From: Chrysomallon squamiferum
Taxonomy: Eukaryota; Animalia; Mollusca
NCBI GenBank assembly: GCA_012295275.1
Contig: CM022667.1
Location: 18,104,001-18,168,000, forward strand
DNA length: 64,000 nucleotides
Direction of reading: 5' to 3'
The notes under the pieces were generated by a model. That model was given only the letters and a program-made list of their open reading frames with translations. It was not told the DNA's origin and ran no database searches. Numbering within the stretch: position 1 is the first letter of the stretch; each line of letters begins with the position of its first letter. The position numbers and the translations under genes were made by a program. Below are positions 51,466 through 62,965 of this stretch, piece by piece.

Positions 51466-54400
51466 ATGTATATTTATGCTATTTCTTTGCATCTCTTTTT
51501 TTCTGGGTTTCTTTCTCTTTTAACTTATGGTGGGTTTAACCACCAGATTAAAAATAATCTGAAAAACAAGGTAACAAAAAAGACAGGAATTCATGATAAA
51601 TTAACAGATGTCTTAGTCATTGCTGTTTTTTTATCATTATATTTTAAATAGTTATTGCAGTGTTTTATCATTTTATTTCAAATCATAGCAATGTTTTTAT
51701 CATCAAACAGGACAACAACTTTCTTAGTTACTATGACAGGGCCATGAAAGTAACACAGGAGACAATGATATTATCTGTTTAATCAATCAACACAGGTGAC
51801 TCATAAAGAGATTAAGTAGCTGTTATTGTGAGGAAGAAAATATATAAATCTCACAATAAGAAATATTCAGTCTTCTGCTCCAGTGCCAGGGACCACCACC
51901 ATCACTAACCTGAAGTGTTTAGCTCAACATGGGACACTTTATGTGTCTTTTGTGACATGATTACACAGATGAATGACAATAAAAAATGACTGCTGAGGTG
52001 TAAGTGAAAATATAAAAAGCCAAGTTGCAGAAATGTTTATGACCTGTGGCAGTTACAAAAGCAATCCCCTCACTATACACCTCGTTGTCAAGATAACTGG
52101 CCACTTTAACTGTGGTAGAGATATTGACATAATAAACGTTTTGTCACAGGATGATCCATCTTGCTAGTTGGAGCATTGTTGGCAAACAAACAATTTATTC
52201 CCAAGCTTTCGCTTGTGAACCAGAAAAAATAGGCACAACCTCAACAGCTTATTTGGCATTGTGACAGTGACTATATTAGTGTAACAACAGCTATGTTATT
52301 GTTTTGTATGGGCTGTGACAACAATCGGTTACTGTATTGTATGGTTAGCTGGCTTGAAAAATCAAAGGCTGCCTTTGACAAAGACCGATTGTTGACAGCA
52401 ATGAGAGTCGGCAGAGTTAGGTTTCTTTCTTTTCACACAGAAAAGCAGTCTGATTTCACATTTTGTGTTTTTATTTACCAGCCAGGATTAACTGCCAGAC
52501 ACATTAGCTTTTTAACCACATGGTTTTTTACTTCTCATTCTCAGCAAATTAATGGGGAATTGAAGGAGAAACAAGATAAAAAAGAGTGAAAAAAGAATGA
52601 CTAAGAAAATGTAGAGAAAATGTGTATACTCTTACATCTATCTAGTCACAGGTTTTATGTGTGGGTGACCATCATGGTTTCTTGTCTATTTTAGTATATT
52701 AATGTTGGTTTTGTCAAGGTACATTATGTTTGAATAAATAATGTGAATAAAAATAAAAACTGGAAAATTAAAGGAAATTTTCCACTCTTTTCTGTATTTT
52801 CTTCAGTTATTATATATCACCAATACTTCCAAATATGATCATTGTACAAACAACAAAAGTAAAGAAAACTTGATTGTAAACATGTGTTAGTTGCAGGTGG
52901 TGATTCACTGAATGTAAATTATTTTTCACAGATTTAAATTTAAACTCACAGTGGCTGTGTACAATCTCTATATCTCTTGGAAACACCTTGACCACAAGTT
53001 CTTGAACATCTTGACCACTCAGACCAATGCGACCAGTCTCCATTCACTGGCTTTGGCCCTTTACTGCCATACTCTACACAATTTCCTTGGCGACACCACT
53101 GAATAGTTAAATAATTAGACTGAAGTTTCCATTTAGTGTTCCAGTCAAGAATATAATTATAAATATATTTATTTTATTTTATATATTGATGTGTATAACT
53201 GAATCTTAAATTTCTTTCAAGGATTATATAATTTTATACATATTTGTGTGTATTTGTGTATATGTCAACATGGTCATCATTAAAAAGAAGTAGAAGTTCA
53301 CTTTTATTATTTATTATAATATTTAGGGCATTGATAAAATTATTTTAAATTTATTAACATCCAGATTAAACAATTATTTCTATAATAATTAATCTAAACG
53401 TTTTGGCCTTTAATTGTGTAAATTAATGCCATGAAGTGAAATAAACACTGTGCCTACCTACCATACCTCGCCCACATGATGTACCCTCAGCAGCTGGCAG
53501 GAATTTTGTTTCACATCGCTTGTTGCCTCGGTAACACCATAGGGCTTTGCATATGTCCTGAAACAAGATTGGACATCATTTTAAAACCAAGCATATTAAT
53601 TTCAAATTAGTTAAACAGATTATAAAAATATGGTGAAATATAATTTTTTTTTTTTTTTCTAAGACTAATAACAAGAATGTCAGTTTATAAAGATTAAACA
53701 TGAAATTGGAATATGTTTTATTAAAAATTTATTATAAGTTAGAGGACTATCAAGAGTCAGCTGAAAAATAGTCTGTTTATTCATATTTTTCTCCAAAGCA
53801 AAAATTATTCTGTCATGTTGCTTCCATCATTAACATCAGTTGCAAAAATCTGCTTTTAGTAGTAGCAGCAAATGATTTAATTTGTTTTATCATTTTAAGA
53901 ACTTCACTATACAAAAGTTCATTCAATGTATAAAAGTTTGTGTGTTTTGTCAATCCATTCAGGTTTTTTAATTTGCTAGTCATTACTGATTTTCTCTCTG
54001 ACAAAATGTTTAGTTTCACACAGTTGCTGGTAATGGTCACTATGTTTTAAACTGCATAGATAAATCTTTCTGTTTACACAGTTTAATGAAAACTATTCTG
54101 TTCATTTCACTTTAAAGTGCATTGAAAGTTTGATATGTTACTGTATTTTTGGTTGCTCTGCCATTACGATGAATGCAATAAGACAGTGCAAAAGGTGCAA
54201 AACCAAATAAATATTACTAAAATAATCTTGTTCATCTATCTACAAATAGTAACTACAAGAAGACTGGCATCATGATTTATTATTCACAGAAGTGCAATCA
54301 TTTCATTTCATGCAGTAGTCTAATTACATACAAACTGCCATACTTGCAAAATTATTGACAAAGCTAATTACTGTATAATTGTTGTTTTGTTGTGAAATTT

Positions 54401-57400
54401 AGTCGATGGCATCTGGATTAGACAAGGTTTTGTTCATAACAGATTAATGATAGTTGGAAGTGACTTTGAAATAGTGCTAGTTTGTACAGAAACCCAGATT
54501 AATATTAATATTGAGACAACATTACATAATTTGAAAGATAAAGTAAAATGTGACCCAATTAAAACTTATGATATAAGAAACGACAACAAACAACAGAAAA
54601 ATCAAAACTGAATAAACAGAATTAACAAAAAAATTACCTTAATGAAACCAGTTTATAAAAAGAGTACAAAAAGGTGTACTTTTGTATTTAACTGACCTTG
54701 CCAAAATCGTATGTGCAGAGCCTGGCTTTGTGTCCGAATTGCCATCTACATTGAATGTCAGCATTGTAGAGCTCGCCAGGTAGTTTGTCTGGAAACTTTA
54801 ACTCTGCTACATGCTTTGGTTTGTCATCCAGACAGTCAGACTGTGGTGTACTAAAACATACAATGTACTAGGCTGTGAAATTATATACAAAAGCATTTCT
54901 AATTATAAAATTAGGTAAGTATGTGCCAAACCTTCAATGCACTACTGTTATGTATGTTGTATGAGAAGGCATCTTTGGCTGGTTATATTGTATTAATATT
55001 ACGTATCTATATAATATCTGTCTGTCTCTATATCTGAATGCTTGTGTAAGTATATAAGGGTCATTCCGTGTCAAATCACCCAATGGTTTAAACCCGACCG
55101 TCTCAGATTTTTATGAAACTTGGTATACTTGTTGACTGGGATCCCACAGCACCAAATCTGAAATGTTAGCTCAATCAGACCAGTGGTGTGGGAGATACGG
55201 CCCACCGAATTTTGAGATTTTTGCCAAAAATGGGTGTGACCACCAACCTTAGAACCCTCATATCTTAGGAACTACTGGGCCAATCTTCATAAAATTGGTA
55301 TTGTTAGAAAGGCAAAATGACAAGGATACCAAATCTGCCATTTTTGTTTAGTTTGGAAAATATTGGAGTACCTTGACCTTTTGACCTTTGCTATGACCTT
55401 GAAATTGACCGTGTGGATCACGTGATCTTGAGATGACCTTTATTGAAATTTAATCTCCCACATGTTAACTAAAACATATAAAAGTTTCCTGGGTGTAATA
55501 TTTTTTGTTTAGCCACAATATAGATTTAAAAAATGCACATACATGAAAATAACACCTTTTCAGCCATTAACATCTGATTAACTAAAACCTGAATGATCAA
55601 TTCTGGATGCTAGGAATCACCATCTCTCTTGATCATCGAGTAAGACATTGTAGGCCTACATGTATGCATAAAGTTCACATATAAAAGTTTCCTGGGTATA
55701 ATATTTTTTGTTTAGCCATAATAGAGATTTAAAAAATGCATACCTGCATGGATGATTGATACAATGCATTACAATGTACATTTTCTCTGAGACTAAAAAA
55801 CTTATCTTTGGAGTTAAAACCCACCTGACATGTCTGAAGGAATGCCTGAAGGATATGAAAAGATGCCAAATGGCATGACATGTTCTACACAGTCAGGCTC
55901 AAAGGGTTAACAGGAAGTGATGCTTCAGACAGGTCAGGAACTCCTTTAGATTCCCTGGTGCAATCCCCATTGAGCACATGGCAATTAGAAGTTTAAGACA
56001 AAAAGTTTCTTCATCTGCATTTCTTTGACAATCTGAAGCTTTTAAGTTGGACACAATGTCAGATGTTGATATATAAACAATATTTTTATTTCATAAAACC
56101 TATTAAGTAATTTTATCATGTCATGTGGGCCTTGCCATTGGCTTTGAACAAGGTTTCAGTCAACAACAGTACAACCCAGTCTGAAATCAAACGTCATCAA
56201 GTGATGTACTGCATAATGTATTTGTACACCCAGTCTTCGCACAGAGTATGAACAAGGTCTACTTCACCTTAATAAACTGTGATTTATACTTGAGAAGATT
56301 GACATAAATGCCCAAGACTTGTGGGCCTTTGGCAATAACACATGTACTCTGCTGCCATTTTATGACCTGCTTAACTTTACTGAAAGGGTTTCAGGATTTA
56401 ATTTAATATTTAGGAAAGCACTGACTTTGTTCTATTGAATTGAAGGTGCAGGCCAATACTGAAAATCCTTATTTCGTCCAGGGCTAACTGCAGCTTTAAC
56501 TCTCCTGAAAATATGTGTTATCAACACCATCATATCAAAAAGGAGTTGTTGCGAAGTGTATGGAAAACTGAGGAAGTCGAACTCCTCACTCTTTGAAGTG
56601 GGATCAAAACATCGGGACATCAAGAGTATCACGAACAAGAACTTTTCATCAAATTTTCAACATTGCAGAAAAACTGTTGTGATCCCCTTAATCACCACCC
56701 TGAGCAAGCACGCACTAGATCTTTAAGAATTGTTAGCATGGGCACTTACAAATGCTTAGTAAATCCTCCAAAGACACTAGTGCCAGGAGACAAGTTGTGC
56801 TGTGACTGTCTGATTACCCTTCAGAAATCAAAGGTCCTGCAGAGGATGGGTTTAGGATGGTGGTATTACAATGGGAGAATTTGGTGATAACTTGCCAGAC
56901 AAACCGCTGGTTGTTGTTTCCCCAGAAAAGGACTTTGATTTGAATTCTATTCTGTCGAGTTTAGGGCTAAAAACTCCTGTCAAACTCCATTCTCTAGCAC
57001 ATTCCAGTAAATGAATGAAAGGACAGAAAAAAACTAGCATCAGCTACAGTAACATTAAAATGACATGTTAATTCTGAATCCTACCCAGAGCGTGTGCAAA
57101 TCTTGATTTTGTCACCCTTTACCATTGAAAGGACAATGAATTGAAGGAGGAAATAATCCAATTTTATGAAAGTGATGAGAACAGTAGAATGTGTCTGGGA
57201 ATGAAGGATATAGTGAGCATTTGAAACAAACATAGTGAGAAGGTTAAGCATCAGAAACACCTAGTTCTCTCAAATTTATGTGAACTTTATGCATACATGT
57301 AGGCCTACAATGTCTTACTCGATGATCAAGAAAGATGGTGATCCCTAGCATCCAGAATTGATCATTCAGGTTTTAGTTAATCAGATGTTAATGGCTGAAA

Positions 57401-60400
57401 AGGTGTTATTTTCATGTATGTGCATTTTTTAAATCTATATTGTGGCTAAACAAAAAATATTACACCCAGGAAACTTTTATATGTTTTAGTTAACATGTGG
57501 GAGATTACATTTCAATAAAGGTTATCTCAAGATCACGTGATCCACACGGTCAATTTCAAGGTCATAGCAAAGGTCAAAAGGTCAAGGTACTCCAGTATTT
57601 TCCAAACTAAACAAAAATGGCAGATTTGGTATCCTTGTCATTTTGCCTTTCTAACAATACCAATTTTATGAAGATTGGCCCAGTAGTTCCTGAGATATGA
57701 GGGTTCTAAGGTTGGTGGTCACACCCATTTTCGGCAAAAATCTCAAAATTCGGTGGGCCGTATCTCCCACACCACTGGTCTGATTGAGCTAACATTTCAG
57801 ATTTGGTGCTGTGGGATCCCAGTCAACAAGTATACCAAGTTTCATAAAAATCTGAGACGGTCGGGTTTAAATTTCTTTTTTTTTTGGGTGATTTGACACG
57901 GAATGACCCATAAATACTTTTTCGTGTTATATTAGTTTGTTGGATCGTTATGTGTGTGTTTCTTTTTGTGTGAGTGTGTGTGTTTGTGCATGTGTATATG
58001 TGTTTGTGTGAGTGTCACTCATGTATGCATGCACACTTATGTTCATATCTCTTTGTGTGAAAACATACTTAAGAAATCTCATCAGATAGGCTCTGCTACA
58101 AACTGACCACTGGAAGAGTCCATCTTTGCCAACCAGGGTGGGAGCCATTATAGACCCAGCACTCTGAGTGCAATAGTTTCCTTCCCCATCATGGAACATG
58201 CCAAAACTGAAACAATAAAAATGAATATTTTTATTTTGTTGTAAATTTGGAATTTTATTATTTTTTATTTATTTATTATTATTGTTTTTAAATAAATATA
58301 TAAAATAAATTTAATGAATTAAAAATACTATTTAAAAGTAAACAAAAAAAATACTGATAAACCAACTTGTGTCCAATTTCATGTGCAATTGTCAGAGCTG
58401 TAGCGAGGCCATTGTCTTCATTGATAGTACAGCTTCTGATTCTGTTACACATCCCTTCTATTGGCGCAAAACCTGCACAAAATGAGTCATGTTAGAAACA
58501 CTAATATAAAGATTATTTTAATAAAACAGTGCTAGTATAATCAGTGTGACAATGATTTTTTATACAAAATCATCCAGAATTTAATGGCATTCATTTAGAT
58601 GTAAAGATATACTGAAATACGACTGATTTAACCAAGTTTCATTTTTAATACATTTTTAAAGATAATTTGATATTGATTAAAATTTGTATATATTACCATA
58701 CTTTTAATGTGATGCATTACTTTAATGATATAAATGCTTCAATGAATATTTCTCTACTAATCATTAACAAATCTGCTCTACACAATGACCTGAACACACA
58801 TCTACACTAGTATCTGGTAAATGTTTATTACAATTGATGACACTGCAAGGATATAATATAAAGTAAGAATAATTTAAATTATACATAATATTAAATTTAT
58901 TTCATATACAGTTAACCTGTCTAAAGTTGATTATTTTTATATTCAGTTTAAAATGGCTCACTGTATTTTCAAACACATTACTAAATTCACATACTTTAAC
59001 ACAAGAATTCATTTAACAAACACATTCCATACAAAAATTAAAAAACCTAGATGAGTCTGATAACACAAAATTTATCATTAAATAAATCTGAATATTATTA
59101 TTTTTAAATGTTTACAGAATTTGCCTTCAGGACACAAACACCATATCAAGATGCAGATAACAGAGTTCACTGTTATCACTTTGAGAGTCAGTCACATACT
59201 GATTTTTTATTTTTTTTAAATGTGGCTCATACATTTCTATTGAATGATTGCATTAGATAAAAAGTTGGACAGCTGTAAAAATATGATTTTCACTAATTTA
59301 TTGAATGACAAATATATTGAATTTTTATAAATGATCACCGAAATTCCTGAAAAGTAGTGCTAGCTAAGTGCACTATCTATGGAACCTTCTAGGATTAACT
59401 TTTTACCCAGAGTATCACATGGAGCATTCTTGTAAGAACACAGATCCATTCCTGTAAGTAAAATGGCATGGTCATGTTGTCTTCCATTGGCACCCACCAG
59501 TACAGACTGCCAGGCACAGAAACTATTGAGTGTGTGATCAGCATGATGATTTATCACAAGACCAGGCTACAAGACAAACATCACAACTAAACAGAATACA
59601 TCATCATTCAGACCAATTAACAAAAATAAAGATGTCAGCTTATTGTACTTAATAACAATAAAGATATAAAATTATAATAAATCTGTTTAACACCTACAAA
59701 GGTGAAATATAATAATTCCATTCACAAAATCAAAAAAATAAAATTGTTATACTTAACAAAAAGAAAGATATAAAATTGTTCCACCTAACAAAACTAAAGA
59801 TATACAATTATAATGAATTCACTTTATAACCACTAAAGACATGAGATAATGATTCCATTAACAAAAACAAAAATATAAAATTGTTACACTTCACAAAAAG
59901 AAAGATACATAATTGTTAAATTTAACCAAAATAAAACACAGAAAATTGTTATACTTAACCAAAATAATGATAATAGTTTTATAATGGATCCATTTAACAT
60001 AATATATCTAGAAAGACCCAGTCAGTGTGATCCCCACATACTGTATATAAAGAAAATACTGCAGACCAGTTTTACAGCTTCACCTCTGGCAGTGGACATA
60101 TAGTAACTAATATTATGTAGTAAACACATTAGAGTGCAAAACTGTTTAAGTGAAACTAATTAAAGGGTTTTCTAAAAAAGAGAACAAAGTATGGATTCTA
60201 TGAAAAATAGATGTTGACTTACATCCAACTCAACTTTAGATTGTTGGTTTTATTCATTTTTCTACTTTAAAGTAAATTTAATACCTTTAATTTTTGTGTG
60301 GTTGTTATGATTTTAGTTGTAATAGCTTTTGAAGTACTAGTTACACTAATTATTTTTAGTGTTATTGTTATTATTAATAATATTATCATTATAGTTAATT

Positions 60401-61629
60401 TTACTGTAATGGTTGTTGGTATTGTTGAACAATTTCAGATGTGTAATGAAACGTGACATATGCTGTAACTTCAGTGAACTTACTTCATCTCCTTCAAGAA
60501 GAATGAGTCCTACAAGAATGATGTTGATGGTGTTACCCAGACTGGCATCTTGGAACAACTTGGATACCTGAAAAAATGTGTTTACATAATCAACAAAACT
60601 GTATTAAACGTTTCACTTAATGAAAACAGCAAAAATATTTAAAAAGAAAAAAGAATAATAAACTTCAGTTGAAAAACACTTTGTAAGTATTTCTTGTCAA
60701 AGTCAGTGCTCTGCAGTTGGTCTAAAAAACACATTGTGGTATGTACTGTGCTGTCTATGGGATGGTGCACATATACAATCCCTTGCTGCTCAGTAGAAAA
60801 AAGTAATCCACGAAGAAGAAGCAGTGGTTATTTGTGCAGTCTGTAACTATAATGCTGATGTCATAAAACATTAAATAAACTGAATGTTCAGTGTACTGAA
60901 TTAAATAAAATACTTATTTCTTTCTAAGAAAACATATTAACAGAAGCTACATAATGCATGGGATCTGTAAAATATACAAACTGTATTGTATTTCAGTTCA
61001 AGAGTACTCACCATATTAAAAAGTGTGAGTGTGTATGTTGTGATATTTTTGTCCCCATGGTTGTGAAACATGGCCTTGTCAACCACTACCAGTGTCTCAA
61101 CCGTTTTCTCTTCTTCGTTCATCTTCCTCCATTTGGCTGGAGATCTTCGCTGAGGACTACTGTCATCAAGTTTGTTTTCTCCTGCATGATAAAAAGCTTT
61201 GGGAAAAGCTATATAAAAACAATAATAATAAAAATAATAAATAAATAAATAATGTATATATTTATAAACAAACAAATAAATAAATACATTTAATTAATTA
61301 ATTAAAAATATTCTGAGGAGTTTTTCATTATTCTTTTATAAATGCAGAAAACTGGTTTCCTATCTGACTGTCATTTCGATACTCATAATTTACATTTAGA
61401 AGCATAAAAGACAATTAAGAAAACATCAACTGGGTTGAAAAAGTGGCAAAGAGAATGTAGTACCAGATGGTTTGGTGCCATCAAATATTCTCTGCTTTAT
61501 CTCAATTACTGATCTCTTGTAGAGTTTGTGCGGTTGTCCTATGTGATTGTCTAGATCAAGTTCTACCACAATGTGATGTTCTACTGGTTCAATGATGTAG
61601 TCCTCTTCAGCTGTACGAATCACTCCTTT
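40125..61629 (-). CDS. ADAMTS16/18-like: ADAMTS16/18-like secreted metalloprotease, paralog B (5'-partial; 21 coding exons visible)
   Basis: Minus-strand GT-AG exons 61464-61629, 61012-61208, 60484-60567, 59407-59566, 58367-58472, 58069-58206, 54697-54850, 53462-53557, 52950-53098, 51210-51273, 50517-50625, 49508-49635, 48224-48347, 47668-47912, 46905-47046, 46513-46639, 45787-45994, 45129-45314, 43267-43479, 40902-41055, 40125-40237 join to 3063 nt, open to TGA. Same motifs and domain order as paralog A. Confidence 0.93.
40902..41055 (-). CDS. Paralog B exon, TSR6
   Basis: [16 protein letters not shown]...[10 protein letters not shown]. Confidence 0.9.
43267..43479 (-). CDS. Paralog B exon, TSR5
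   Basis: [16 protein letters not shown]...FWHVANWSQ. Confidence 0.92.
43498..44175. repeat. Degenerate short-unit minisatellite
   Basis: Recurrent tacccattaagatata / tacatccattaa, decaying away from the exon at 43479. Confidence 0.85.
45129..45314 (-). CDS. Paralog B exon, TSR4
   Basis: [16 protein letters not shown]...WLISPWGP. Confidence 0.92.
45787..45994 (-). CDS. Paralog B exon, TSR3
   Basis: [16 protein letters not shown]...WHVGKWSK; 208 nt. Confidence 0.93.
46513..46639 (-). CDS. Paralog B exon, TSR2
   Basis: [11 protein letters not shown]...CNEQPCPP; 127 nt. Confidence 0.92.
46905..47046 (-). CDS. Paralog B exon, spacer end / TSR2
   Basis: [14 protein letters not shown]...SCSEPCAG; 142 nt. 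Confidence 0.92.
47668..47912 (-). CDS. Paralog B exon, spacer domain
   Basis: [14 protein letters not shown]...YYLNG...[10 protein letters not shown]; 245 nt. Confidence 0.93.
48224..48347 (-). CDS. Paralog B exon, Cys-rich/spacer boundary
   Basis: [27 protein letters not shown]; 124 nt. Confidence 0.92.
49508..49635 (-). CDS. Paralog B exon, Cys-rich domain
   Basis: [13 protein letters not shown]...DGTKC...ICVDETCQ. Confidence 0.92.
50517..50625 (-). CDS. Paralog B exon, Cys-rich domain
   Basis: [31 protein letters not shown]. Confidence 0.92.
51210..51273 (-). CDS. Paralog B exon, central TSR end
   Basis: [21 protein letters not shown]; 64 nt. Confidence 0.91.
52950..53098 (-). CDS. 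Paralog B exon, central TSR
   Basis: WCRQGNCVE...[20 protein letters not shown]; 149 nt. Confidence 0.93.
53462..53557 (-). CDS. Paralog B exon, disintegrin-like domain
   Basis: [32 protein letters not shown]. Confidence 0.92.
54697..54850 (-). CDS. Paralog B exon, disintegrin-like domain
   Basis: [11 protein letters not shown]...[20 protein letters not shown]; 154 nt. Confidence 0.93.
55058..57909 (+). mobile_element. Sola2-type DNA transposon, internally deleted, ~620-bp TIRs
   Basis: Termini gggtcattccgtgtcaaatcacc...ggtgatttgacacggaatgaccc; 4-bp TSD ATAA (55054-55057, 57910-57913); TIRs ~55058-55681 and ~57277-57909, nearly identical. GRG ends, a 4-bp TSD and long TIRs are Sola2 hallmarks. 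Confidence 0.85.
56663..57293 (+). pseudogene. Disrupted N-terminal fragment of a Sola2-like transposase
   Basis: Fragments [32 protein letters not shown] and [40 protein letters not shown] in shifting frames with stops; no DDD catalytic region seen. Confidence 0.7.
58069..58206 (-). CDS. Paralog B exon, zinc motif second half and Met-turn
   Basis: [24 protein letters not shown]...[13 protein letters not shown]; 138 nt. Confidence 0.94.
58367..58472 (-). CDS. Paralog B exon, zinc motif first half
   Basis: [34 protein letters not shown]; 106 nt. Confidence 0.94.
59407..59566 (-). CDS. Paralog B exon, metalloprotease domain
   Basis: [20 protein letters not shown]...PCDTL; 160 nt. Confidence 0.94.
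59610..60000. repeat. Degenerate A-rich ~35-bp repeat
   Basis: Recurrent taacaaaaa.aaagatataaaattgtta. Confidence 0.65.
60484..60567 (-). CDS. Paralog B exon, metalloprotease domain
   Basis: [28 protein letters not shown]; 84 nt. Confidence 0.93.
60700..60925 (+). mobile_element. Degenerate SINE-like fragment (3' half)
   Basis: gtggtatgtactgtgctgtctatgggatggtgcacatatacaatcccttgctgct...ttaaataaaa..tttctttct; core shared with ~3478-3505 (-), 40380-40403 (+) and ~47220-47270 (-). Confidence 0.55.
61012..61208 (-). CDS. Paralog B exon, prodomain end and start of catalytic domain
   Basis: FPKAFYH...[11 protein letters not shown]...[11 protein letters not shown]...LFNM|gtgagt. Confidence 0.92.
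61464..61629 (-). CDS. Paralog B exon, prodomain
   Basis: [15 protein letters not shown]...PHKLYKRS...TKPS; phase-1 end as in A. Confidence 0.88.
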
Positions 61630-61699
61630 CTACCAATAAATACATTTATTAATTAGTAGTAATAATAATAGTAAATGAATAGTAAAAATAGTACTAATA

Positions 61700-61925
61700 A
61701 TAAAAATTGGTACTGTTGATACAAGACCAGTGTATTATATACTGCATAGATTTAAAAAAAGGATTGCTGTTATTGATACAAACAAGACCAGTGCCATTAT
61801 TTTTTACAGGTAAAAAGAATAGGATTGGTACTGTTAATACAAGCAAGACCAGTCCATCATTATGTATAGGTAAAAGGAACAGGATTGGTTCTGTTGATGT
61901 ATAAATAAAAGTATTGGTATCAAAT
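61700..61925. repeat. ~60-bp degenerate repeat, about 4 copies
   Basis: Recurrent ggattggtactgttgataca..caagaccagt. Confidence 0.75.
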
Positions 61926-62754
61926 AGAGAAGAAACAAAATTTGATGTATTTAACTTATTTCACCACTAACAAGTTTTCATGTCTAAGGACATCTCTGAT
62001 ATAATTTAGATTTTTTTACCTGATATCTCACAGGTTAAAAAGTTAGTTGGTTAGTGAACTATGAAACAGAGGTTGGGATCTTATTTCTTCAGGATTAGTT
62101 CATTGAGGGGTGGGGCTGTCACAGTGAAAGATATGTGATACCTAACAGTCCGTGTTATTACCAAAGTCAGTGAAAAAATAAATGAAGAAAAACTTGAAAC
62201 AAAAAAGAAACAAATGTTAATGGTTGCATTATGAGTCAAACACTATTGCTTGATTGCGTAGTTTCTGTAAATTAAAAGAAACCACTGTTGTCTGGAAGCT
62301 ATTGGTTGCTATAAAATAATTGATTACTTAGTTTCTGAACATTGAAAAACAATCCCACTATGGTTTTAGATTTTTAAAAGCTGTATATAAACCTTCATGA
62401 AAAGAGCTACCATTCTGTTTTTTAAAATTTAGCTATGATTTAAACATACAAACAAATCCTTGTTTGAACAAAAATTAAAGAATGTCTGAAGACTAAGTGT
62501 GGCTGACATAACGTGTGCTAATAACATAACAGGATGAGAGGACAGACTGGAGTCAGATCTATTCACTCTGGGTAACTGATGAAATAATCTGTAATAGACA
62601 AAGTTATGAAATGTCTTCAGTTTGATAACAGTCAAGTGTAGATTGAATTTCACAACATTCAGTGTCATGTTGCCATAAATATCTGATGACATCTGGTCCT
62701 GAATTAGTAGAGAATAGCTAATACAAATTACAAGAAAGTTTATGTAGTATAGTA

Positions 62755-62965
62755 GATAGTTTACAGTTTTCACCTACTTGTAAACAGTTTACATCTATTG
62801 GTAGTCTGTATACATTTGCTGGTAGTATGTTAACATATATTAGTAAACAATTTACCTCTACTGGTAGACTATTTACATATACTGGTAGACTGTTTACATA
62901 TACTGGTAAACAGTTTATATATACTGATAGAGAGTACATGACTGGTAGCTAATACCTATTGGTAA
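62755..62965. repeat. 21-bp degenerate minisatellite
   Basis: Unit tttacatatactggtagactg. Confidence 0.8.

Noticed and set aside
52293-52589. 98-aa plus-strand ORF in an intron of B
   Set aside because: No recognisable motifs, splice context or codon pattern.
62429-62773. 114-aa minus-strand ORF as a possible upstream exon of paralog B
   Set aside because: It lacks the expected prodomain motifs (C-x-Y-x-G, S-x-C-x-G-L) and a convincing phase-0 donor.
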